Below, in pieces: positions 13,101-25,100 of a DNA stretch of 64,000 nt (positions are counted from its first letter, which is position 1; the number at the start of each line of letters is the position of its first letter). Where the stretch lies: NCBI GenBank assembly GCA_037379345.1, contig CM074522.1, positions 434,001 through 498,000 on the forward strand. The letters are read 5' to 3'. Position numbers and translations under genes: made by a program. The notes beneath the pieces are model-generated. The model saw nothing but the letters and a program-made list of their open reading frames with translations. It did no database searches and was not told where the DNA came from. This DNA is from Perna viridis (Eukaryota).

Positions 13101-16100
13101 CCTGATCACAGAACAATTCAGACCTTCTACATACATATGAAATGCCTTTCCCTATCACAGAACAATTCAGACCTTCTACATACATATGAAATGCCTTTCC
13201 CTGATCACAGAACAATTCAGACCTTCTACATACATATGAAATGCCTTTCCCTATCACAGAACAATTCAGACCCTCTACATACATATGAAATGCCTTTCCC
13301 TGATCACAGAACAATTCAGACCCTCTACATACATATGAAATGCCTTTCCCTGATCACAGAACAATTCAGACCTTCTACATACATATGAAATGCCTTTCCC
13401 TGATCACAGAACAATTCAGACCTTCTACATACATATGAAATGCCTTTCCCTATCACAGAACAATTTAGAGCCTATACATACATATGAAATGCCTTTCCCT
13501 GATCACAGAACAATTCAGACCTTCTACATACATATGAAATGCCTTTCCCTATCACAGAACAATTCAGACCTTCTACATACATATGAAATGCCTTTCCCTG
13601 ATCACAGAACAATTCAGACCTTCTACATACATATGAAATGCCTTTCCCTGATCACAGAACAATTCAGACCTTCTACATACATATGAAATGCCTTTCCCTA
13701 TCACAGAACAATTTAGAGCCTCTACATACATATGAAATGCCTTTCCCTGATCACAGAACAATTCAGACCTTCTACATACATATGAAATGCCTTTCCCTAT
13801 CACAGAACAATTCAGACCTTCTACATACATATGAAATGCCTTTCCCTATCACAGAACAATTTAGAGCCTCTACATACATATGAAATGCCTTTCCCTGATC
13901 ACAGAACAATTCAGACCTTCTACATACATATGAAATGCCTTTCCCTATCACAGAACAATTCAGACCTTCTACATACATATGAAATGCCTTTCCCTGATCA
14001 CAGAACAATTCAGACCTTCTACATACATATGAAATGCCTTTCCCTATCACAGAACAATTCAGACCCTCTACATATATATGAAATGCCTTTCCCTGATCAC
14101 AGAACAATTCAGACCTTCTACATACATATGAAATGCCTTTCCCTATCACAGAACAATTTAGAGCCTCTACATACATATGAAATGCCTTTCCCTGATCACA
14201 GAACAATTCAGACCCTCTACATACATATGAAATGCCTTTCCCTGATCACAGAACAATTCAGACCTTCTACATACATATGAAATGCCTTTCCCTGATCACA
14301 GAACAATTCAGAGCCTCTACATACATATGAAATGCCTTTCCCTGATCACAGAACAATTCAGACCTTCTACATACATATGAAATGCCTTTCCCTGATCACA
14401 GAACAATTCAGACCCTCTACATACATATGAAATGCCTTTCCCTGATCATAGAACAATTCAGACCTTCTACATACATATGAAATGCCTTTCCCTGATCACA
14501 GAACAATTCAGACCCTCTACATACATATGAAATGCCTTTCCCTATCACAGAACAATTCAGACCCTCTACATACATATGAAATGCCTTTCCCTGATCACAG
14601 AACAATTCAGACCTTCTACATACATACATTACTAGTCACTTAATCAAATACTGCTGTTGAATAATCTATGCATGGTTACTTTGTTGACATGCTTTTCATA
14701 CAACCTCAAAAAATTTGCAGTCATATATTGGTATGGCCCTGTCATCATTGTCATCCTTGTCATCGTCATCATTGTCATCCCTGTCCTTGTCGACGTCGTC
14801 ATTGTCATCCTTGTCATCGTCATCACTGTCATCGTCACTAGGCACTTCATATTTGTGTGATAACTTGAGTCTTAGTTGGATGATCTTTATAAAATTTTAT
14901 AACAAGGTTTCAAACCACGAAAGGGGGGTTTGTATTGATTTTTTGGTTTATAGCCCCAACTGTTTAAAAAATTAGGGTTCAAAAAGTTGTCTAAAACAAG
15001 CATTTCATAGCATTCATTTATAAACCTCCAGTAAATGCATAGGAATGTCAATGATATTGTTTCACTATATTCTATACCACAATGGTCAGATTTGGATTGA
15101 TCTGGACCTTTTAAGAAATTAAGGGCCAAAAAGGGGCCAGAAACATGCATTTTCCTGAGGTGAAGAAAGTAAATTGTTTATTTTTGGTCTGGTTTTGAGT
15201 ATTTTGTTTTATTGGATTTCTTACGAAAATTCCTTCCTGCATTTTTAATCAGATTTCAGAGGGGTCATAGGGGCTGCATGCCCAGAAATAGACTTTTTAT
15301 TTTTTGTCTGATTTCAAAATTTTTTTTATTGGATTCCTTATGAAAATCCCTGCCTGCATTAGTAAATCAGATTTCAGATATTTGTTATGATTTTCAAGTA
15401 ATAAGGGGTCGAATGGGCCACACCGGAAAAATTCAATATTTTAATTTTTGGTCTGATTTTGAAAATTTTTAATTGAATTTTAAAATTTTGTGCTGTATTG
15501 TGTCCAAACCAGTTGTTGTGTCTTTAATAAATTGTACTTAAGTTTGTCAAAAACTAGTGTTATGTCCACACTTCCTCAAACTTGTCAGGGTTTGAGCACT
15601 GTGGTTGTATCATGCTTTGCTCAGCAAAGCTTTCCATTATGAGTTTGTAAACTAACATTTTGTTTAAAGATATGTAAATGTTTATGATCCTAGACAACAA
15701 AATTTTTAATTGTAACAGATGATAAGAGACCTTATTGTTCTTTATTTCATTTTCTATTTCAGCAAGAGGAGTATGATGCCCCCAAGTACTGTAGAATGTT
15801 ACAGGCTAACAAACCAGAATGGGGATTTATTGTCCTAGGGAGCATGAGCTCTTGTGTTGCTGGGTGTACAATGCCAGCCTTTGCTTTGTTCTTTGGTCAA
15901 ATGATCAAGGTAGGTATAATCAACTGATCAAGGAAGGTATAATTAATTGATCAAGGTAGGTATTATGAGGTTAGGCAGTGTAACTACTGTGTAAAATAAA
16001 ATAACAATCATTACATTAAGTACACTTCAAACAGAATTTAAAATAGCCATAACAAATACTAAATAACAAATCAAGTTTTAGTGTCAACTCATACTAAACA

Positions 16101-19100
16101 GGCTGAGTTCAGGGGCAGTACAGCATACAGTACCTAAAAAATTCTTGTGAAAAAAAACCAAAACAGGGTATTTTACTCTGTAACTAATTAAAACAAGTTC
16201 AAACATATATGTTTGTTAACCCTGCAGTATCAGTCGAGATTTGAGTGTTAATCTGGGGTCAGGTGTATTACATGTATTAGTCCGGACTTGACTTTTTATG
16301 AACAACTCTGCGGGTGTTTCTAGAAAAGCAGAGGACGCTTACCCTACTGGTGCACCTGGTCCATGCTCCTAGTTTTTAGTGGAGTCCAAGTTGCTCATTT
16401 ACTTTTGTTACTTTGTATGTATGATTTTAGTTACTTTATGTTCTTTGTTGTGTATGTCTGTTTTCCATGTCTGGTCTTTGTTCCTGGAATACATTCTTTT
16501 GATTACCGCTATAACCTTGGTTCCCTTGGTTACTCTTCCAATATGAAGTATATGTTTATATATTGCAGGTGTTTATTGAAGAAGGAAACAATGGATTATT
16601 ATGGAGTATGATGTTTCTGGCTCTTGGTGGTACAAACTTCTTGGTCTTTTTAGTACAGGTAAGTTTCTTCAGAAACTTATATAATTGTTTTATATAAAAC
16701 TTTATAATGGTAACGCATCATAGTATGATGTGCATAAGGTAAAAATGCTTCCGTTGTCATCGTCATAAACAATTTTTCAAAACACTTTTCCTCTGAAACT
16801 ACTGTACCAATTAGAACCAAACTTAGTATGAATATTTCTTAGGGTATTCTGCCTAGAACTGATGTTGGAATTTAGTACGCTGTTACTAATAAATAGAACA
16901 TAGGGGTCAGACAGAATTTTTTTGCATATATCTCCATATCCATTAGTACGGTGAGATCTATGAGTGATCTAGTTTTGGTTTAAATCTCTTAAGCTATGTT
17001 GAAGATATTGCCCTTTTTCAACATTTTTTTTGCTATTTTTATGTGATAACTTTCAAAAAAATCTTCTCCTCTGACACAACTTGACCAAACTTGGTATGAA
17101 ATTAGTTCTTTAGGGTATTTTTACGTGGATGTTTTTTGACCCATTGAAGAGCAAGGCTGGGGTTACTAATAATAGGGCATAGGGGTTAGACAGATTTTTT
17201 CTCCAAAATCTCAATTTAGCAAAATTCTGAGGTGGGGGTAAAAGTGTTCAGTAGGATGAAATCTGTTAAGCCATGTTGGAGTTACTGCCCTTTTTCATCA
17301 TTTTATGCTATTTTAAATGTGATTTAAAACTTCAAAAATTTCTCCTTAGAAGCTACAGGGCAGAATTCAACGAAAATTTCTTAGGTAGGAGCTAGAGGTG
17401 TTTTTATCAAAGGAAAACATAGCCTCTTTTACAGAAAAATAGAATATTGCTTATCAGACCATGTGAGACTTTCAGGCTCTTTAGAACCTCTAATTTATTT
17501 ACATGAAATGTTCCTTTTTTGGTATCATATGTAGCTGTGTGTAATTATTGGACTGTTGATACTTTAAAGGGGAAATAACCAAGGGTGTACAAAGATATAG
17601 GGTTTCCTTTACTGAGCTACTTACAGTATTTCAATTTTATTCTACTAAATGTCACATATACTATTGTACAATTTGCTATCATTTTAACTTTAAGTATTTA
17701 ATTACCTTATAATTGAATTACATTTTTTGTTCATTCTAGTCAGCAAGTTTTGGAAACTCAGGAGAAAGATTGACAGAAAGACTCCGTTTGAGCACTTTTA
17801 AAGCCTATATGAGACAAGATGTTGCTTTCTTTGATGACAAATTCCATTCTACAGGTGCTTTAACTACCAGACTGGCCACCGATGCTTCATTAATTAAGGC
17901 TGTGAGTACTAACTATGGAAATAATAGCATATGAAAGTAATAAGAAAGTATATAGTGATTCTGGTGTGCGTCCATCTGTTCATCTATTAATTTGTTTGTT
18001 TGTCCATCTGTCTATTCAGGCCTATTGTGAATTTTACTTGGTAACTAGTGTAAATAAAAGATAGTAACAAAATTACCAAATTGATAAACTCTAGGCAACA
18101 GTCTTGGTTCAGGCATTTCTGAAGGAATTGAATGGTAGGTTAAGCCATATTTTATAGCATTTTAAACCTCCCCCTTTTATTATGGATAGTCTTTCCAATA
18201 AAACAGACAGTATGAATTAGCCATGTGGTTTAGTTAGTAGTCAAAACAATACAGAAAGTATATTACTTACACATGTAGTTTTGAAATACATCATAAAATA
18301 AATTTAAACAGAGCAAGGCTCCTTCCTGCCATACCAATTAAGATCTGGGTACATCTCTGTATACTTATTTAACCTTATGTACCAAAGCTTCTGCCTGATT
18401 GATTTTTTTTCTCCCAACATGACACTGGTATGAGAATAGGGACAGTATTCCAAGCTGTGTCTGCCTGCTTGATTTAGTTTTTTTCCTCCCTACAGGCCAC
18501 TGGTATGAGGATAGGAACAGTGTTCCTAGCTTTGTCTGCCTGCTTGATTTAGTTTTTTTCCTCCCTACAGGCCACTGGTATGAGGATAGAGACAGTATTC
18601 CAAGCTTTGTCTGCCTGCTTGATTTAGTTTTTTTTCCTCCCTACAGGCCACTGGTATGAGGATAGGGACAGTATTCCAAGCTTTGTCTGCCTGATTGATT
18701 TAAGTTTTTTTTCTCCCTACAGGTCACTGGTATGAGGATAGGAACAGTGTTCCAAGCTTTGTTTGCCTGCTTGATTTAGTTTATTTTCTCCCTACAGGCC
18801 ACTGGTATTAGGATAGGAACAGTGTTCCAAGCTTTGTCTGCCTGCTTGATTTAGTTTTTTTTCTCCTTACAGGCCACTGGTATGAAGATAGGAACAGTGT
18901 TCCAAGCTTTGTCTGCCTGCTTGATTTAGTTTTTTTTTCTCCTTACAGGCCACTGGTATGAGGATAGGGACAGTATTCCAAGCTTTGTCTGCCTGCTTGA
19001 TTTAGTTTTTTTCCTCCCTACATGCCACTGGTATGAGGGTAGGCACAGTATTCTAAGCTTTGTTGGCCTGCTTTATTTAGTTTTTTTCCCTCCCTACATG

Positions 19101-22100
19101 CCACTGGTATGAGGATAGGAACAGTATTCCAAGCTTTGTCTGCCTGCTTGATTTAGTTTCTTTCCTCCCTACAGGCCACTGGTATGAGGATAGGGACAGT
19201 ATTCCAAGCTTTGTCTGCCTGCTTTATTTAGTTTTTTTCCTCCCTACAGGCCACTAGTATGAGGATAGGAACAGTGTTCCTAGCTTTGTCTGCCTGCTTG
19301 ATTTAGTTTTTTTCCTCCCTACAGGCCACTAGTATGAGGATAGGAACAGTGTTCCTAGCTTCGTCTGCCTGCTTGATGTAGTTTTTTTCCTCCCTACAGG
19401 CCACTGGTATGAGGATAGAGACAGTATTCCAAGCTTTGTCTGCCTGCTTGATTTAGTTTCTTTTCTCCCTACAGGCCACTGGTATGAGGATAGGGACAGT
19501 ATTCCAAGCTTTGTCTGCCTGCTTGATTTAGTTTCTTTTCTCCCTACAGGCCACTGGTATGAGGATAGGGACAGTGTTCCAAGCTTTGTTTGCCTGCTTG
19601 ATTTAGTTTTTTTTCCTCCCTACATGCCACTGGTATTAGGATAGAAACAGTGTTCCTAGCTTTGTCTGCCTGCTTTATTTAGTTTTTTTCCTTCCTACAG
19701 GCCACTGGTATGAGGATAGAGACAGTATTCCAAGCTTTGTCTGCCTGCTTGATTTAGTTTCTTTTCTCCCTACAGGCCACTGGTATGAAGATAGGAACAG
19801 TGTTCCAAGCTTTGTCTGCCTGCTTGATTTAGTTTTTTTTTCTCCTTACAGGTCACTGGTATGAGGATAGGGACAGTATTCCAAGCTTTGTCTGCCTGAT
19901 TAAGTTTTTTTTCTCCCTACAGGCCACTGGTATGAGGATATGAACAGTATTCCAAGCTTTGTCTGCCTGATTGATGTAGTTTTTTTCTCCCTACAGGCCA
20001 CTGGTATGAGGATAGGGACAGTATTCCAAGCTTTGTCTGCCTGCTTGATTTAGTTTTTTTCTCCCTACAGGCCACTGGTATGAGGATAGGAACAGTATTC
20101 CAAGCTTTGTCTGCCTGCTTGATTTAGTTTTTTTCTCCCTGCAGGCCACTGGTTTGAGGATAGGAACAGTATTCCAAGCTTTGTCTGCCTGCTTGATTTA
20201 GTTTTTTTTCTCCCTACAGGCCACTGGTATGAGGATAGGGACAGTATTCCAAGCTTTGTCTGCCTGCTTGATTTAGTTTTTTTTCTCCCTACAGGCCACT
20301 GGTATGAGGATAGGGACAGTATTCCAAGCTTTGTCTGCCTGCTTGATTTAGTTTTTTTCTCCCTACAGGCCACTGGTATGAGGATAGGAACAGTATTCCA
20401 AGCTTTGTCTGCCTGCTTGATTTAGTTTTTTTTCTCCCTACAGGCCACTGGTATGAGGATAGGGACAGTATTCCAAGCTTTGTCTGCCTGCTTGATTTAG
20501 TTTTTTCCTCCCTACAGGCCACTGGTATGAGGATAGAGACAGTATTCCAAGCTTTGTCTGCCTGCTTGATTTAGTTTTTTTCTCCCTACAGGCCACTGGT
20601 ATGAGGATAGGAACAGTATTCCAAGCTTTGTCTGCCTGCTTGATTTAGTTTTTTTCTCCCTACAGGCCACTGGTATGAGGATAGGAACAGTATTCCAAGC
20701 TTTGTCTGCCTGCTTGATTTAGTTTTTTTCTCCCTACAGGCCACTGGTATGAGGATAGGAACAGTATTCCAAGCTTTGTCTGCCTGCTTGATTTAGTTTT
20801 TTTCTCCCTACAGGCCACTGGTATGAGGATAGGGACAGTATTCCAAGCTTTGTCAGCCTGCTTGATTTAGTTTTTTCCTCCCTACAGGCCACTGGTATGA
20901 GGATAGGAACAGTATTCCAAGCTCTGTCTGCCTGATTGATTTAGTTTTTTTCTTCCTACAGGCCACTGGTATGAGGATAGGGACAGTATTCCAAGCTTTG
21001 TCTGCCTGCTTGATTTAGTTTTTTTCTCCCTACAGGCCACTGGTATGAGGATAGGAACAGTATTCCAAGCTTTGTTTGCCTGCTTGATTTAGTTTCTTTT
21101 CTCCCTACAGGCCACTGGTATGAGGATAGGAACAGTATTCCTAGCTTTGTCTGCCTGATTGATGTAGTTTTTTTCTCCCTACAGGCCACTGGTATGAGGA
21201 TAGGGACAGTATTCCAAGCTTTGTCTGCCTGCTTGATTTAGTTTTTTTCTCCCTACAGGCCACTGGTATGAGGATAGGAACAGTATTCCAAGCTTTGTCT
21301 GCCTGATTGATGTAGTTTTTTTCTCCCTACAGGCCACTGGTATGAGGATAGGAACAGTATTCCAAGCTTTGTCTGCCTGCTTGATTTAGTTTTTTCTCCC
21401 TACAGGCCACTGGTATGAGGATAGGAACAGTATTCCAAGCTTTGTCTGCCTGCTTGATTTAGTTTTTCCTCCCTACAGGCCACTGGTATGAGGATAGAGA
21501 CAGTATTCCAAGCTTTGTCTGCCTGCTTGATTTAGTTTTTTTTCCTCCCTACAGGCCACTGGTATGAGGATAGGGACAGTATTCCAGGCTTTGTCTGCCT
21601 GCTTGATTTAGTTTTTTTCTCCCTACAGGCCACTAGTATGAGGATAGAGACAGTATTCCAAGCTTTGTCTGCCTGCTTGATTTAGTTTTTTTCTCCCTAC
21701 AGGCCACTAGTATGAGGATAGAGACAGTATTCCAAGCTTGTCTGCCTGATTGATGTAGTTTTTTTTCTCCCTACAGGCCACTGGTATGAGGATAGGGACA
21801 GTATTCCAAGCTCTGTTTGGATTTGTTGCTGCATTAGTTATAGCCTTTTACTATGGATGGGCCTTGGCTCTGGTTGTTCTAGGAATTGTACCTATTATAG
21901 GGTTTGCTGGTAATTATACTTTATATTACAAAAAGTACAAAGAAGGAAGGTTAAAACAATAGAAAATCTTTTGGACAAAACCTCACCAAGAAACACCAAG
22001 AGGACAAGATATGATGAAGAAATAAATTAACAAAAAAGAAACGAAAATAACAACCTGAATCCCACTAAAATATATAGTTAATGTAAAATGTACCTGTTTG

Positions 22101-25100
22101 TGTGTCTGTGTCCAGTTAAGTTAGCTCAATTTAAATCCTCTTAAAATATAAAAGAAATCACTTCTGAGTATTGTGGGAGATTTTAGTTTAGGGGAAATTC
22201 TGTTTAAGACATTTTAGCAATGGGATATTTTTATCAAGTTTCCTTTTACTTCAAGCTAACTTTATGACTTCCATATTTTTTTACTCTCTAAGCTTGTGAT
22301 AAATAAAAAATTAGGAAAAAAGAATAACTCCATCATATTCTTTTACTTTATATTTTTTTTCTTTCTCAACAGGAAGTTTACAGATGAAAGCTCTTCAGTC
22401 AAGACACAAACAGGATAAGGATAAACTAGAGGATGCTGGAAAGGTAAAGGTCATGTCAAAGTCTCACCATGAGATAAACTAGAGCATATTGGGAAGGTAA
22501 TGGTCATGTTTAGGTCTCACCATGAGATAAACCAGAGGGTGCTGGGAAGGTAATGGTTATGGTTAGGTCTCATCACGAGATAAACAAGAGGATGCTTGGA
22601 AGGTAAGGTCATATTTCGGTCTCACAATGTTTTAAATTAGAAGATGCTTGAAAAATAAGATTATATTTTGGGTTCCATTATATTCATTGAACTTATGGTT
22701 TCAATGAGCTTATTGATAAACAGGTTCCAAAAATTTTTGTTGTACATTTTGATTGATGGCAGCTATACTTCATTGTGAACCAATTTTTTATTTGACCTTA
22801 TACTGTTGTGACCATATCTTCTCAAAGAAATTTCTCATCCAAATTAGTCAATCTCTCAAAGTAAATTGACTGTTATCGTCTGGTTAAGACAGACCACTCG
22901 GCCAGTGTTATTTGTCCCCGACAATGTGGCTAGGAACAACCTAATGCATTTCCATTTTGGCACAATGAATAAAGATAAAGAGTAAATATGTCTTTCCTTG
23001 ACATTTGAGAGGATGTCTTTCTCATATTATATTATTCCTTACCCTCATTACAAGTCAGAACTGCAAGTGGGTGTCCTGCCTGTCAGTGTCCATCAAAGAC
23101 CTAGGCAGTGGGTGGTTCATGCCAAATATTGGTTTCTTAAACACTTTCATCCAGAACCATTGTTTTCTAAAAATTGAATGATGGTTTGTAATTTACTGGT
23201 AATGAAACAAATTACATAGAAAGCACTAAAAACTATATAATAAAGGGAAATAACTCTTTGATCGTGGGGTACCAATTTTTGTGGTTTTCATGGGTAGGCC
23301 AAGCAAATATGCTTCCCAACTAGTAGTAAATTTCCATTTTTTTAGAAACTGAAAACTTTTAAACAACAAATTCAAGAATCCACGAACCTGTGTTTCTTCT
23401 CTGATCCACGAAAATTGGTATCCACGAATACCAATCCACCTTCACAGTATATTCTGAGTCATCCACTTCTGATACAGAAAATTCCTTGTTTTTCTGACAT
23501 TATAACAGTTAAATAAAACATTGAAACAAACAAATTGGTGGGATATGATTAACTCTGCGCTCTGCAAATCAAAGAATCTCCCTGGGATCTACATGGACAG
23601 TTTCTTGAGTAAATTCAATGACAAATCAAAGAATCTCCCTTGATCTACATGGACAGTTTCTTGAGTAAATACAATGACAAATCAAAGAACCTCCATGGGA
23701 TCTACATTGACAGTTCCTTCAGTGAATACAATGACAAATCAAAGGATCTCCATGGGATCTACATGGACAGTTCCTTTTGTGAATATAATGACAAATCAAA
23801 GGATCTCCCTGGGATCTACATGGACAGTTCCTTTTGTGAATACAATGACAAATCAAAGAACCTCCATGGGATCTACATGGACAGTTCCTTTTGTGAATAT
23901 AATGACAAATCAAAGGATCTCCCTGGGATCTACATGGACAGTTCCTTTTGTGAATACAATGACAAATCAAAGGATCTCCCTGGGATCTACATGGACAGTT
24001 CCTTTTGTGAATACAATGACAAGTCAAAGAATCTCCATGGGATCTACATGGACAGTTCCTTTTGTGAATACAATGACAAATCAAAGGATCTCCCTGGGAT
24101 CTACATGGACATTTCTGTCAGTGAATACAATGACAATTAAAAGGATCTCCCTGGGATCTACATGGACAGTTCTTTCAGTGAATACAATGACAAATCAAAG
24201 GATCTCCCTGGGATCTACATGGACATTTTCTTCAGTGAATACAATGACAAATCAAAGGATCTCCCTGGGATCTACATGGACAGTTCTTTCAGTGAATACA
24301 ATGACAAATCAAAGGATCTCCCTGGGATCTACATGGACAGTTCCTTTTGTGAATACAATGACAAATCAAAGGATCTCCCTGGGATCTACATGGACAGATC
24401 CTTCAGTGAATACAATGACAAATCAAAGGATCTCCCTGGGATCTACATGGACAGATCCTTCATTGAATACAATGACAAATCAAAGGATCTCCTTGGGATC
24501 TACATGGACAGTTCCTTTTGTGAATACAATGAGTGCATCTTGTTTAAAATTTACTAGTAATATTACTGATCCAGAATAATATAATTTATAACTTAATTAG
24601 ACGGTCTTTCAATTATCTGCATGTATTTCTTTTTGTCTTTTTCAGACTGCAGCTGAAACTATTGAGAACATTAGAACGGTCCAGGCTCTGTCAAGAGGAG
24701 ACCATTTTTATAAAGAATATTCTAATTATCTTACTGGCCCACTCAGGTATGGTTATAAAGAAAATTCTCTTTGTTCAGTTGGTCCATTTAGGTATTGTTA
24801 TAAAGGGAATTCTCTTTGTTCAGTTGGTCCATTTAGGTATTGTTATAAAGTGAATTCTCTTTGTTCAGTTGGTCCTTTTAGGCATTGTTATAAAGGGAAT
24901 TCTCTTTGTTCAGTTGGTCCTTTTAGGCATTGTTATAAAGGGAATTCTCTTTGTTCAGCTGATCCATTTAGGTATTGTTATAAAGGGAATTCTCTTTGTT
25001 CAGCAGGTCTAATTAGGCATTGTTATAAAGGGAGTTCTCTTTGTTCAGTAAGTCTAATTAGGCATTGTTAAAAAGGGAATTCTCTTTGTTCAGTAGGTCT

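Noticed and set aside
12589-14629. Many overlapping ORFs ([10 protein letters not shown]... / MFCDQGKAF...)
   Set aside because: Translations of the 49-50-bp minisatellite with frequent frameshifts.
16363-16611. Similar hydrophobic ORFs at 16363, 54653 and 56202 suggesting a small gene family
   Set aside because: They are translations of one interspersed repeat; no splice or codon evidence.
20065-21189. Minus-strand ORFs [17 protein letters not shown]...
   Set aside because: Antisense read of the acceptor array, broken by poly-T length variation.
18385-21812. CRISPR-like appearance of the regular arrays
   Set aside because: Units are contiguous with no unique spacers, no cas genes are present, and the context is a spliceosomal gene.
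23640-24579. Long ORFs (301, 166, 131 and 121 aa) with 19-aa periodicity
   Set aside because: They arise from a 57-bp unit (multiple of 3) and are open in several frames on both strands; no domain signature or splice support.
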